64,000 bases of DNA, taken from NCBI GenBank assembly GCA_958009085.1, contig OY253673.1:1-64000 (forward strand), read 5' to 3'. Within the stretch, counting starts at the first letter, position 1. The number at the start of each line of letters is the position of its first letter. The DNA is from Protoeuglena noctilucae. Lineage: Eukaryota. Made by a program: the position numbers and the translations under genes. The notes under the pieces are model-generated. The model searched no databases, was not told where the DNA came from, and was given only the letters and a program-made list of their open reading frames with translations. This document shows, in pieces, positions 1 through 13,948 of the stretch.

Positions 1-237
1 CCTAACCCTAACCCTAACCCTAACCCTAACCCTAACCCTAACCCTAACCCTAACCCTAACCCTAACCCTAACCCTAACCCTAACCCTAACCCTAACCCTA
101 ACCCTAACCCTAACCCTAACCCTAACCCTACCCTAACCCAAACTAACCCAAACCCTAAACCTAAACCTAACCTGACCCTACCTAACCCTAAAAAAACTAA
201 CCTAACCTACCCTAAGCCTACCTACCCTACCCTAACC
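1..237 (+). repeat. Telomere, (CCCTAA)n = TTAGGG type
   Basis: Perfect CCCTAA tandem array to ~130, then degenerate variants (CCTAA, AAACTAA, CCTGA) to ~237 at the start of the sequence. Confidence 0.99.
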
Positions 238-240
238 ATC

Positions 241-948
241 TTAACAGCTCACGGCCGGCCACGTGCTCGGCCTGCAGACGCCGCCCAACTGGCCGCCGAC
301 CCTGTGGCTCATCGTCGCCTCCGCCTGGGCCATGGCGGCATGGGGCACGATGGTCCTGTACCACACCACCCTGCGCCGGCTGCCCCACGCCCGGCCCCCG
401 GGCACGGGCGAGGTGCTCACTCGGGTGCGCCGCGCCATCGCCACGACGGTGCGGGGCGCCTTCTTCTCCCAGCGTCAGGCTGTAGTCCAAGAGATCCAGC
501 AGGCGGGCCAGTGGTTCAGCATGGACCGTGTGCCCGCACCGGGCGTGGGGCGCCCACTCCCCTTCCCCATCGGCCTCCGTGTCCGAGCGCCGCCATGATG
601 GGGCGGCCTTGCTGCAGCCCTTTGAGCCCGCCTAGCGGGCACCCGCCCCCGTATCTGGGGGCCTTGCGCTTGCTTCTTGCATGTGCCTTTGCCGGCACAG
701 GGGGGCTTGCCCTCCTCGCCCTCGGGTGGTTTTTCCCTCGGGTTCCACCTCTAAGCTAGGCTGTGCCGATGTACACTACACAGCCGATGCGAACTTCTTG
801 GGTGTTGGTAGCATAGGCCCTTGTGCTGCCAAAGCGGCTTAAGCCAGGTCCAGGGCCCGGACCCCTAGTCATAGGCTAGAACTGGCGAGCAATAGGCCCG
901 AGGCCTAAGCTGTGTGCCCTTTGAAGCGAGTCAGTCAGTCAGTCAGTC
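241..948 (+). mobile_element. Putative 5'-truncated non-LTR retrotransposon 3' end (ORF2 C-terminus, 3' UTR, (AGTC)n tail)
   Basis: Start-less frame (..LTAGHVLGLQTPPNWPPTLWLIVASAWAMAAWGT.., stop at 598) resembles the Trp-rich extreme C-terminus of L1/Tx1-type ORF2. It is followed by a TAG-rich segment unlike host DNA and (AGTC)5 at ~929-948. No RT domain is visible. Confidence 0.5.
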
Positions 949-1211
949 TCCACGCCCGTCGCCGTCCCCGACCGCTGCATCGCCGCTCGACCTCGCCCCC
1001 CGTCGACCCACACGCACCCCTGCCTCGTCCGCACACCCCGCTCCCCGGCGGCTTGCTGCGCTGCTGCCGCGCCGACCCCCGCACAGGTGGTGGTACCATG
1101 TTTGTTCAACGAACGGCACAACTACTATGAGTGCTAAGCCGCAGCCGTGCCGATGGCACAGGTAAGTAGACTACGGGCTAGGCATGGCACCGGCGCCGTC
1201 ATCGCCGCCCC

Positions 1212-4200
1212 TCACTGCGCCCCGCCCCTGGCCTGCAGCAGCCGCCAGAAGTCGTGCTCGTCGGGCGCCCCCGTGGCCGCAGGGGCAGCAGGCGTGGCGC
1301 CCTGCCCCCGCCCCTCCTTGCGCCCCATGCGCTGCTCCCGCTCGTTGCGGAACTTGGCCGCCATCTCCTGGAACACCGACTCTGCGGGAGGGGTGACAGG
1401 ATACATGCCAATTGCCAAGACAGCCTGCTGGATACATAGACAAACACCCTCCCCCCGCAACCCATGGCCACCCACCGATGGTCTGCCCCTGCAGCTCCCG
1501 CTCGGACGGTCCCCCGTGGCGGTCCGCCTCCTCCCACGCACGCGCGACGTCATCCTGCGAGCCAAGCGGGCGCTGAGATGTCGACCGACCAGCAACCAGC
1601 ACCGCGGCCCCGCCTCACGCGCCCACGCTCATCGCGCGACACTCGCCTCGCTCACGCCGGCCTGCTCCCGCAGCATGGCCTCCCTCGCCGCGCGCGCCGC
1701 TGCCACCGCGCGGTCCTGCGCTCCGCCCCACGGCTGCGCCGCTGCAGCTGCGGGCGTCGCAACCGTGGGCCTGCAAGCGGGGACATAAAAGGAGCGGTCG
1801 GGGTGGCGCACGCTCATGTGCTGCACCCACACCGCACATGCAGAGCCCCCACCCACGCACCCGGAAGCTGCAGGCGCAGCACCCTTCCCACCCTTCCCGC
1901 CCCTGCCCCCCCCCGCAGCCTTCTTGCCGCCGCGCCCCTGCCCGCCCTTCTCCCCCTTCCCCGGTCGCACCACCACAGCCACGCGGGTGGCAGGGGGCGG
2001 GGTGGCAGGGGGCGGGGGAGGGGGCGGCGGGGACGCGGGTGCCTGTGCGGCGCGCCTCAGCATGGCCACCATGGCACTGGCAGCGGTGGGGTCGGACGGG
2101 GGGCGTGGCGGTGGGGGCGGGGGGGCGCGGGAGGGAGAGGGCGGTGCGGGGCCGGGCGCGGAGGGCGGGGGAGGCGCCGCGCGTGCCACTGCCTGGAGCT
2201 GTGCGATTAGCTGCCCCGCTGCGGCAGACGGGGGCGGGGGCGCTGCGGTCGCGGGCACGGGACGCGACGTGGGCCCTGGAGATGGGAGGGGAGGCGCCTG
2301 TTAGTCGTCGCCCACTCGTTGCCAAGCAGTGCAAACGCAGACGCGGGCGTCGCCCTGTTGCTCGCGTCTGGCCTCACCCATCCCTCCGAGCTTGGCCTGC
2401 ATGGCGCCGATGGCGGCGGTGATGTTGTCGAACTTGGCGGGGATGCGGGGCTGGGAGGGGGCAGAGGCAGGGCGCTCCTTGGTCCCGGCTGCGGCGAGGG
2501 AGGCGTCCCCCTGTGTGACCGTGACTGCGTGGGAGAGAGAGGGGGTCGCGTCATGCGTGGCTGCGATGGGCGATGCCTGGCATGGTGCCTCGGAGTTGCC
2601 CGCGCGGCCGTCACCCCGTACGGGCTGCGCGTGTGCGGGGGTGTCGACTGCACGTGGCTTGGAGAGGTTCAGCAGCAGCTTGTTGGGCATGAGCGCCCCC
2701 TGGTCCCCCTCGCACCGTCCGCTGAGGTCGGTGCCCCCGGGGAAGGGGCGGTCGAAGAGGACCTCGGAGAATCCATCGAAGGCACCCACGACGGTGCCGG
2801 GGAGACTGGGGGGAGGAAGTGAGGGGTGCGAGTGCGACGTGGCAGGTGCGGCTGCGATATGGTGGAATGCGTGTCAGCAGGCATGCAGGCCCTCACCCGA
2901 ACGGCGGCGTCCCCGTGGCTGCGATGGCGATGACGCGGTCCCCGACGTCCATGGTACCCCCGGCCAGGTCCGCGAGGGGGGAGCGGGCGTCCAGGGGCGG
3001 CAGCAGCAGCGCCGCAGCCACCTCGTCCATCTGCAGGGGGATGGGGTGGGGCGGGTTAAGGTTGTGGGATCGGTGCAGGTGCTGATGCAGTGCTATGGCG
3101 GTCATGGTCGGGATGGCGGGCAAGACACGGGCATGGAACGGAGTGCGGTCGCACCGCAGCCATGCAGGTATGGGCAGAGCTGCTGCGTGCGCTCGCGTGC
3201 CATCCCTCGCCTCCACGATGGTGGGGTTCCCCGCCGCCAGTCTCTGCGGCAGTGCCGTCTGCAGCGCCCGCACCGCCTGGTCCCACGCCACGCGGCTGTC
3301 GCGGGGCACGAGGGGCCGCCTGGACACCCCCTGCGCCTTGAGCCACTGGTGGGCCTCGCGGACGCGGTCGGCAGCTGCCTCGGGGTCCAGGTCCGGGAAG
3401 AGGTCCCAGGCGGCCACGCCCACGCGCTGCCCCTGGGCGTCGGCCGCCTGGACCGACGCAGCGCATGCGTGGAACACCCAGGGGAAGCGGGACTGGGGGG
3501 GAATGGGATGGGGAGGGCAGGTGAAAAGTGCGGCATTGGCCACGCCTGCTGCTGCTGCTGCTGCTGCTGTGTGCAAGGCTGCAAGTGTCGCTTCTACCCC
3601 CACCTTGTACTTCTCCAAAACCTGTAGCAGCGCCTGGGTGAAGACCCAGCCCTTGGGGCGGCCGTACTCATCAACCGATCGAGTGTCGGGACGGGCGTAG
3701 TCTGGGGAAGAAAGGGGCGTGGGTGGGGGGTGGAGGGGCAGGCGGTGGGCGCAAGTGGGTGACACGGGCACGCACTGCACCCCCTGCCTTAGCTCACCCA
3801 CGCACCCACTGTTTCAGGTCACCCCCGCACATCCTCTCCCCCCCCACTCACCCGGCACGCACTGCCCCCCGTCCCGGTTGCTCTTCACCGCCAGGCCGAT
3901 GTCGACAGTGTCCCCCCGGTCGCGCCCCGTCTTGACCCAGAATGAGCTGGTCAGCGTGGCCACCACCTTGAAGTCCACGCCCAGGCGCTTGCTGGCATCT
4001 GCGGGACAGGGGAGAGGGGGCTTGACACACGCTGCCATGCGAGGGGGGGCAGCGACGGTGCAGCCACAACGCGCGCCTCTCACCGGCCAGTCGCACGGGC
4101 GGCGGCTGCATGCTGGCAAGGGTGCTGCGTGCGAGCTGTGCGACCTGGGCGGCGTTGGCGGGGTGCGCCTGCAGCCTCACGCGGTAGGCCACGGTGCCGG

Positions 4201-7200
4201 CCGCCACCCCCGCTCCTCCCTTGGCCGCGGCCGCGCGTGCGGCGCTGATGGACTGGGTGCTGGGCCCCAGGACGTGGCAGAGGCACCCGAAGTGGGCGCG
4301 GCCGAGGAAGAGGGCGGGGCAGCCGTCGGGGAAGAGGGTGAGGGCGCGGGCGAGGGAGAGGGCGGCGCGGTCGGCCCCCCGGTAGTGCCGCACCACCAGC
4401 TGCAGGGGCACGCGGGCCTCGACGCGGCTGAAGCGACGCTCCACTGCGGAGTGGGGTGAGAGGGAGTGAGAGTGTGTGCTGCATGTGTTGCCACCACTCG
4501 CAGCAGCAGTGGGGTGCGTGTCGTGTCTCTCATCTCTCGCCTGTCCCGTCGAAGTTGCGCACGAGTCCCTCGACGGGCCTCACGTGCAGCAGCACCGGGC
4601 ATTCCCCCAGCAGGATCCCCCTCTTGGTCAGCGACTGCGCCATGAGGTCGTCTGCCTCTTCTTGCCACTCCACGGCCTCGGAGCGGTCCAGGACACGGCG
4701 CACGCCCTGGGGTGAGTGTGACGGGTAGGGGTGGGGGGGAGGACGGGCATGGGGGCTGAGATCGAGTTGATAGCAGAGACAAGCATGCGAGCAAAGAGAG
4801 ACCACCAGCAAGCGGGCAGACAGCAACACGCGAGGCACCACCCGCATGCACCCCCGTGTGCGCCTTGCCTGGGAGGTGACGTGCACGGTGCCGTCCGAGA
4901 CCCCCGCGACCTGCGCCTCCTGCAGCCAGGGGTATGCGACGAAGACGCGCGACTGCAGGAAGGCGCGGTTGGCCGCCACCCCGTCCGCCGTGGCCTGCGC
5001 CCCCATGGCCTCACGCAGGCCGCGGGGCTTGATGACCAAACTCTCCTTCTTGCTGCGATGAGTGGGGTGACAGAGAGGGGGTTGACTGTCAAACGACTGC
5101 TAGCACAGCAGGCCATGTGACCATGTCAAACACAGTGCATCCTCGCCTGGGGTTTCCGAAGACGTTGACGGCGCCCAGCATGAGCTCGGTGGAGAGGGGG
5201 AGGTAGGCGAGGGATGGGATCCCCGGCGGCGCATCCACGCCCGTCTCCGTGCCGGGCAGCAGCCGCGGCTCGAACCCCGGCTGGGAGGGGAGGAGGGGCG
5301 GGGGGCGGGGCACGCGTCTCACGGTGGAGTTGCATCGGGGGAGGGAGGCGAAGAGGGAGGGGCATGTGGAGGCTAAGAAGTCTTCGTCGGTGGAGTCGGG
5401 ATCGTGGGTGAAGACGAACACGCTCCCCTCGGCGTTGCGGGCGCGCTCGGCTGCCGTGAGCAGGCCGGGGGGCACCATGCGAGACTCGGCGTCCACCAGG
5501 CGACTCTGCGAGAGTGCGGGAGGGAGAGATGAGCGTGATGCATGAAATCGGGGTGCAGGCGCAGTTGGCAGGGGCTGCGCATGCCATGCCGTGCCATGCC
5601 ACGTCATGCCATGCCCATCCCCCCCGATGCTCGCCTCGTCGATGAAGCATATGAGCGCCACGCCCTCCCACTCCGCCCTCTTCCCCTCGTAGTCGATTTT
5701 GAATTCCTCGGGGTAGAAGTCGAGGATGGGGGAGCGGGGGTCCGTCATCAGCCGGCTGCAGGGGGGGAGGGGAGCGCAGCTGTCCCATGCGTCGCTGCAT
5801 GCATGGCTGCATCATGGCAACCCCGCATGACATGGCTGCCCCCTTCCTCACCGGTACGGCTCGGGCAGCAGTGCGGCGGAGGAGCGGGGCAGCACGGACA
5901 GCAGCTGCTGGAAGGGGCGGAAGGGGGCACCCACGCGGAATGCGACATCTACGCTTGACAATGCCTGGAGATCGGATGCGGGTGGGCTGAAGTGGAATGG
6001 GTAGTACCACTCCCAGGACGCCACGCCTCGGTAGTAGTACTCGAGGACCCTGGGGGGATGGGAGATGGGGGGGGAGATGGGGAGAGAGATGAGGGGATAG
6101 ATGGGGAGAGATGAGGGAGGAGATGGGGGGAAATGATGGGAGAGAGAAGAGAGAGGGGAGCATGCTTGCCAGGGGCGTGGCATAGCGACACAGCCACGCA
6201 TGCACCCTCACCAGTGCAGTCCCTCCACGTATGCCTTGACCACGCGAGCGCGGGAGGCGGGGCTGGCGTCCGGCAGTCCCAGCTTGTCCGTGCAGTACCT
6301 GGGGGGTAAGAGACAAGGAGACGGGTGTTGAAGCAGGCGGGGCGGAACGCACAGCACAGCATCGCGTTCACCCACCCCTCCCTCTCTCTCACCTCTCCTT
6401 CCACAGCGCCAGTCCCTCCTCCCCGTGCCCCGCCAGCATCAGCTCCCGCGCCTCCCTGGCCATCATCGTGGGGGCGGACAAGTGGGCGGGGGCTGCCTCC
6501 TCGCTCGCATCGCTGCCGTCCTCGTCCCCTGGGGCAGTGCCACCCAACCCCGTGACCCACGCAGACGACGTCGCGGCCGACCCCGCATCGTCACCCTGGA
6601 TTGCAGAGAGACACAACACAGGTCAGCAAACGCCACAGCATGACCACACAAGCACCTGCATGAGCGACAGCAGGACAGCACCCGCCACAACACAGCACCC
6701 ATCACAGCATCCCCCACACCACCCCACACAACACCAACCCAGCACCCCCCCGCCATGACAACCCCCTCCCCCCTCGCCTCTCCCGCCCCCTGCGCGTCCT
6801 TGAGTGCCTGGAATTTGCGCCGCCAGTCCCCCCCCTGCAGGTTCATCGGCCCCGCACCCAGCGTCCCCGGCTGCGCCTGCATGGTGCGCGGCCCCACCAC
6901 CGTGCGGCCCTGCTTGCCGCCCCGACGCCGCTCAAAGGACTCGGCATCCGCAGCCCTGCAGAGGGGAGCAGGGGCGACGGTGGCAGCAATGGCACACGCA
7001 CACCCATCCACCCCTCCCTCCCTTCCCAGCTACCCTGCCCCTCACACCTTTGCTCCAATATCTCCCTCTCCCATGCCCTCACCTCTTCTCCCACACCTCC
7101 CTCTCCATGCCCCTCACCTCTGCTCCAGTATCTCCCTCTCCTTCTCCCCGAAGTTCCTCAGCAGCGCCTCCAGTCGCCCCCGGTTGAGCCGCCCCGCGTT

Positions 7201-9117
7201 GGTGAGGTAGCCGCCCAGGGACGGCAGCGTGGCCTTGTACAGGGCGATGAGGGTGTCGAGGCCGCCCTCGCCGATGTCCAGGGTGGGCTGGGGGGGGTGG
7301 GGGGGGGTTGGGGGCACTGATGAGAGGGCAGCCATGGCGAGGGCACACGAGAAGGCGCATGATGGGACGGCACGAGAGAACACGACAATGAGGGGGTAGC
7401 CATGGCAACGGCACATGAGGGGGTAGCCATGGCAAGATCGCCCAGTCTCTTCACCAGCGCGGGCAGGAAGTCGTTCCCTACGAGCATGCAGAAGAGCACG
7501 AAGTCGTCGATGACGTTCTCGAGGTTGTAGGGGAAGGGGGGGGACGTGGGGCGGAACTCCAGGTCCAGGTACTCCCGCAGCATGCCCACTTGCAGCAGCA
7601 CGAAGTGGTCATCCGTGGGGTTCTCTGCGGGGTTGGGGGGAGATGCGATAGTGTGTAAGCAGTGCGTCTGCGTGGCTACCCTCTCCAGTCACTGTGTATG
7701 AGCAGTGCGTCTAAGTTGCTACCCTTCACTAAGCAGCTGCCCCACTGCCTCCCTCACCGATGGCCTCCCTGGCCGGCTGCCCCCTCCCCCCCCCCGTGAA
7801 GGACACCACCTCCCGCAGCAGGCAGAAGTGGGGCTCGTGCGTCACCAGCGCCAGCATGATGAGGTCCGCGTCCAGGCCGTACAGGCAGTGGCGCTGGTTG
7901 GGCTGCCAGTCGCGCGACAGGCGCTGCGTGCGGATGTACTCCATGATCTTGTGCTCACCCTCGCCTGGGGTGATGAAAAGGGATGGTGAGATGAAATCAC
8001 TGTCTCTGCCCACTGCCCTCTGCCCACGCTCATCTGCCGAATGCTGAACAAGTGCACCCACAACACCGCCACTCTGCCCCCCATGTCCCCCACACATCTC
8101 TCCCCTCACCCGGCACGTCTGGCCCAGAGAAGACGATCGCGGGAACCCGCCACGCCGGGTCCTCCGCCATCTTCTTGCGGGTGAAGAACAGCAGGTGCTC
8201 CGACAGCCGCGCCATGAACTCGGTGCCGGGCGTGATGCAGTTGCTGTCAAAGGTGTGACCGCCCACGTCCTGGCCCTTCCTGCGGGGGAACAGCCGATGC
8301 GCACGCGTGTCACTTCCTTACGGCCCTCTCCGCATCGCTCGCTGCGTCCCCTCCTCCCCCCCCGCACACCTGCGCTTCTCCTCTAAGGCCAGCTCGCGCT
8401 CTCGGCCGGCCTTGAAGCGCCGCGACCGCTGCTGGTTCATCTTGGCACGCGGCGCCACCCCGTCGATGGCCATGAACATGACGCGGCGAGGCTTGACGAT
8501 CTGGAACAGCATCTCCAGGTAACGGAACACACGCGCCATCATCTGCTCCTCCGTGAAGACGCGGGAGGGGTCGTTGCCGTGGCTGCGGAGGAGAAATCGG
8601 TTTTGGAAACTAAATGCCGTGCGGACTGCGACACGCCGGGCCCCCGCGCCCGCGGGGGACGCGCCTGCAGTTGTGCACGATCCCATTCATGTCCAGGTAA
8701 AAGTTGTCCATCTCGGGGACGCCCGCGACCTTGACGGGCTGGTTGATGAGCGGGTACCGCTCCGAGATCCAGCGGTAGAACTTTGGGATCCCTGCGGCGC
8801 GGCGCGGGGGAGGGGCCAGCACGTCTTCGCCAGCATTGTGCTCCGCGGGGCGGCCCGGGCGCCCGTGGCGAGCGAGCAGTCCTCCCGATCCATGCACCGA
8901 CTCGTGCCATGCCGCACCCAGCGCCCTCGTGCGCGTGACGAGCTCGCGTGCGGCGCGGGAGGGCATGCAATTGCGTTTGGGCGCCCGATGGAGCACGGTG
9001 CGCTTCAGCGCCGACGAACGGCGCGTCCGTCGCACTCCCCCCGCCATGTATACTCCCAGCAACGAGATGGGTGGCTGGAAACCCCGCGAGTCAGCCCAGT
9101 GGGCGGCCCTCACCCAT
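1212..9117 (-). CDS. XRN1: 5'-3' exoribonuclease 1 (long XRN1 type), roughly 20 or more introns
   Basis: Micro-exon ATGG at 9117-9114 splices to [14 protein letters not shown]...[14 protein letters not shown]. Further motifs: [84 protein letters not shown] and SPILDFYP, plus XRN1-specific C-terminal domains (DIGLAVK; GDRVI...PPFG; EVLFD). The 3' end (..[15 protein letters not shown], 1212) is inferred. Confidence 0.95.
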
Positions 9118-10578
9118 GGCGCAGGCGTGCCCAGCCTTTCAAGGATCCCTGACAAGGGAGGGGAACGCCTGGCAGTTGAACCTCCGTCAGCAAGCTAAAC
9201 AGCGCAAAGGGGGCAGAATCGGTGCAACAGCAGCGACTGTACAAGAACAACAACTTTCCCTTCGCGCCCTCCGCTCGTGCTACCCTTATGGTGACGCCCT
9301 ACAGGACAGGCAATGCTCGCGGGAGGCCTTGCGTCCCGGCGATGCGCCTGACGGGGCCCGACCGGGGTTTGCCCCCGTTTCATGCTCAGCTGCGCCGGGC
9401 AATTTCCTCCCCCGACGAGGCCGCCTGCGACAAAATGACCATCTTGTGCCGCGTCGCTGTTCTGCCCGTAGCCGCACACGTCCTTTCAGCTCGCGGTGAG
9501 GGGGCCGGTCGTGGCGGAGGCCTGCCCGCGTCGCGTGCGCGCTATCTCCGCCGTTGCCCTCGACCGTGCACGAGCTGTTCTCGTCCACGTTGCGCAGGCC
9601 TCCTCGCAGCTCCCACGAGCATCGGGATGGACCGGGAGGACGCGTGTCGGTTTGCAAGCTGACCAGGTCCGCTCGCGCTCCGTGGCCTCCGATTCTCCCC
9701 CACAGCTTTCGTGTTGGATTATTCGTGGTCACTCTTAGTACGCGCGCCTCCTCGAGTCCCGCGTAGGCCCGGGACGGCGCGGTGCGGGCCGCGGGAAGGA
9801 GTCCACAAGTGCCTCTTTCCCCTCCCACCGCAGGGCTCCAGCCGCCTAGATGTCGCGCCTGTCGTCGACTGCGGCGTCCTTTCGGGCTCCCCGTCGACTT
9901 CCTTCCCGCCGGCCCCTCGGCGCACGAGCGGGGGCCCACGCCACGCCGCGGCCTTGGACGGTCCCGCGATGAGCGCGACGTGCGGATTCGCGTCTTGGAG
10001 GCAGTCGTCGTACGTCTATACCGTCACGCGCCGTCCCAGGGCACGCAATTCGCGGTCGCTGGACCTCCCGGTCGGCCAAGCCTGCCCGTCGTGGGGCCTC
10101 TCCGACCATGACTGGCGGCCCGGCCCAACGGAGCGTCTGTCCGCGACTTCGACGGACGCGTCGAGCACCACGCAGACAAAAGTCGTCGCTGAGGTGCTCG
10201 TGTCGGCCATCCCCGCGCCTGGCGCGCCCGCGGGGCCGGCGCTCAAGCGCTGCCGGAGTCTGCAGCATATCCCGGCGGACGGGACGCCTCCTGGGGACGG
10301 GGACAACTGCCCATCGGTGAGCGGTGTTAGTCGCAGCTTGTGCGCGGACGCTTCCCGGTTTCTCGTCGCGGGCTTGTCCGCGGCGCCCCGCCACATCTGG
10401 GAGTATCTGGGGGACATTCGACGCCGCAGCCGCCCGCCCGCCGCACTTTGCGGGAGTCGCCCTGCGTCGCCGCGTTTACATCAACCGTTTGCACGCCTTG
10501 CCGGCGGTTGGGGCCTCCAGGACCGCAGCGCACGCGCGCCGGGGCCCCCCTGACACGCACGCACGGTCGTAGCCAGCC

Positions 10579-13500
10579 ATGCTCGACGGCTCAGGTCGTC
10601 GGTGGTCTTCCGGTGCCCTAAAGCTCTCATGTTTGTCTTGCCTCCTGCATAGCCCGCTTGCGTTTTCGATGCCCACCCATGCGTTTCTCGACCCTCCTAT
10701 GAGCTTTGTGAGACCCCTTCTGAGACTCTCGTCCGCACCGCACAGGGAGACGAGGCTTCCACGGAGCACGCTAGCCCCGTCGACTCCGTGCAGGCGTCTC
10801 CCGCGCACGGCGGCCCCTTCCGATGCGCCCAGTGCCAGGGTCCCTGCGGCTGCCACACCCAGGCGCGGCTCTTCCGGGGGCCACGCCGCCCCGTCCATGC
10901 AACGCTGGCGAGGAGGCGCGTGGCTGTGCACGCGACATCCCGCGACAGCAACGCTGGGACGCGGCCAGCGGGGGCAGTGGCGGCGGCGCGCAGCTCTCCC
11001 CCGCCCCCACATGGGCCGAAGGACGGCTGCCGCGGCGACCAGGGCCGGGTGCGGTGCTGGCAGGCTGGTGACGCGCATCGGCACACGCGCTCTCTATCGC
11101 TCTGGCCCCACTCACGTGTCGCTCGCCTGTTTCCCCCCCCCCAGCGCCTCATCCCCTCCCTGGACCACTGCCTGGACGCCCTTCTGCATGACTTCGCACA
11201 GCTGGCTCGTCTGAGTGGCAGCCTCACCGCCTTCGAGTGGGCCGTGTGCCTGGCGGGGGCGGCGGCGGCAGCGGGGGCGGCGTGGATGGTGCTGCGGTGG
11301 GTCAAGGCGGGCGTGGTGGCGGCCGGGGTCACGTCAGCCGTGGCGGCCGCGACGGCGGGGGTGCTGTGCCTGGAAGCCATGGTGAGCAGCTGCTATTTGC
11401 GTTGCTGTCGTGGCTGGGGTGCTGTGCCTTGAAGTTGTGGCGAGTGTTAGTTGTGCAGCTGCCATACATTGCTCTTGTGGCTGTCGCATGACGTGACCGT
11501 CGCTGTCGTCGCTTGTATGTCCCAGGTGGAGGCCAGCTACAAGGTGCTGGAGGTGCACCACGAGGTGGGGAAGCTGGAGTCGTCGCAGTTCTACACCTAC
11601 GCCAGCAAGGCAAGGGCGGGGCGCACGGAAGGGCGAATGCAGTGGCGCGTGCAACAGCCACCTGCCACCTGCAAGGGCGCATGTGAGCAGATAAGTGATC
11701 TGCGTGTGTCGTCACATCGCAGGAGCTGAGCAGGTACGGTCGGCCCCTGAGCTTCGCCGTCCACTTCACCCGCGCCACGCCCTCCCCGGACCCTCTTGGT
11801 CCTGCCAAGGCCGACAGCTTGGGTGCTCTGCCCCCCTGCGCGGCCCCCGGTGCTGCGGCAGGCGTGCATCTCTTCCACGGATTCGGCACCAACCTCAGCA
11901 GCTGGCTGCGGGTGCAGCAGCCACTGAGCGACCGTGCGGGGCTGCCCGTCACGGCCCACGACATGCAGGGGTTCGGACTCACGGGTGAGGGGCATGCATG
12001 GGAGGTGCAGGGGTGACGGTTGTGATTCGGTGTCGGTGCTTGTATCAGCAGCCTGGCATGGGGAGGCAGAGTGGTGTGTGAGAGTGTGCTTCGGTGTCGA
12101 TGACCTGAGTCAGCGGTCGCTCGTTGTGTTTGCAGAGCGTTCGGGTGACTTGCGGGCCTACACGGCGCGCGTGGATGCGGACGTGGGTCTGCAGGTGGCG
12201 CTGTCGTGTGCCTGCGAGGACGACGGGGCCGCGGGGGTGGTGCTGGTGGGGCACAGGTGAGGGGAACGGTGGTGATGCGGGGGTTACCACTCTCCCTGCC
12301 ATACTCTGCGACAGCTCATTGACAATTGTCTTACACCCCCGCAGCATGGGCGGCCTGTCCGCCACCCTTGCGTACCTCAGTGACCCCAACCGCGTCCGTG
12401 CCCTGGTCCTCGTGGCCCCCGCCGTCCTGGCCTTACCAGAGGTGCTGGGGGGGGTGGTGCCCGCCGATGCCAAGGACGCGGAGTTACCGGACACGTGGGT
12501 CACGCCGGCAGCCATCGACGGCGCAGTGGGCGTGGAGGGAGGGCCCGGCGAGGTGACGCTTTAGATATGGCGACAAGCAAACATTGATGTTACTCTAGCA
12601 GGACTCGAGTCCCGGTGCTGTGCGGTCGGTGTTGTTATGTGCAATGTGAGCAGTCTCCCTGTGCTCATCTCACCTCCCTCGTCTCTGCCATGCCAGCGCA
12701 GGAGGTGCGCGTGCAGGTGCTGGGCCGCCGGGAGCTGCTGGCCGACGCGTGGGACCCCCCGAGCACGCAAGCGGAGGGAGAGGGAGAGGGAGAGGGAGAG
12801 GGGTCTGCGCCGTCCGTGCCCCCCCTGGGCGGTCGGCCCGTGTCCACACCCGGAGTCTCTGCCCCCGCTGCCAAGGCGGGCGGATGGGCGGCGGCAGGGG
12901 TGGTGCCGGGGCTGCTGGGCCACGGGGAGGGGGCGGGCGACGCGGTGCTGCCCCCCCCGCGCCCCCTCAGCCGCGCGTGGCCCCTGGTGTGGCAGTCGTG
13001 GGTGGCCTTAGCCGACGCGGCGTGGCTGCGGTGGGCGGCCGGTCGCATGCGGAGGGGGGCGGGGGAGGCGGCGCTGGTGGCGCGGGGCCTGGGGAACTGG
13101 GCGGTGGGGCACGGCGTGGTGCCGCTGCTGCAGCCCCTCCTGCTCATCGCCATCCGCAGGCTCGTGCGGGCCGAGGCATTCTGGTGAGGGTGCAGCCGAG
13201 CGCGGGGTGGTGCTGCCTGCATGCATATGCCACTGCTGCCTCATCCCCGCATTCGTGTCCCTTGTGTTTGCAGGCAGACGGCCCTTCAGCGCGCGTGGTG
13301 GGACGCCAAGGGCCTCCCCCGTGCTTTGGTGGATGGGTACCGCCGACCCCAGGCCATCCGGTGGGTGCTGATGCGCGATGAGCATGGGTACTGTAAGTGG
13401 CTTACTCTGCCATTGCGTCATGTCACATGTAACACGTGCCTCCCCTTGTCCCCAGTGGCTGGGACCACGGACTGATCCGGTGGCTGCGCGTGCGTGTGTC

Positions 13501-13948
13501 GGGCGGCCACGACCTCCAAGACAGCCTCAACACAGGCAAGAGAGCTGTGCCACCAACCATCAATCCACTTTCTCCGCCATAACTTCCCTCTCACCCCCAC
13601 CACTCTGTGTGTCTTGTGTTGCAGCCAAGGACCGCGTGGTGGCCCGTCTGGCAAGGGCTGTGCGTGAGAACAACACCCCTGTGCTGGTGGTGCACGGGAG
13701 ACACGACGCACTCGTGCCGCTCAGGTGAGAGGGAACAAGCGGGAGTTGCACTTCAGCAGTCGGGTGCGTGCCGTGCATGACGCCCGCCCTCGTGCCCCAC
13801 CCCCCCCCGCAGCAACAGCCGTCGCCTGGCCCGCTCCATCCCCGGGGCTCAGCTGGCCGTCGTGGAGCGGTGCGGCCACTGCCCCCAGGAGGAGGTGCCG
13901 GAACTGTTCGCAGACCTGGTCGCAGCCTTCCTCAAAGAGCGCCTCTAA
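10579..13948 (+). CDS. Alpha/beta hydrolase with N-terminal hydrophobic segments (multi-exon; start codon uncertain)
   Basis: HLFHGFGTNLSSW, AHDMQGFGLT, nucleophile elbow GH-S-MGG split by the intron at ~12257-12343, PVLVVHGRHDALVP, CGHCPQEEVPELF; stop TAA at 13946-13948. Confidence 0.88.

Noticed and set aside
912..2300. Separate plus-strand genes next to the telomere
   Set aside because: Low-complexity GC-rich ORFs antisense to the inferred XRN1 C-terminal exons; no recognisable domains.
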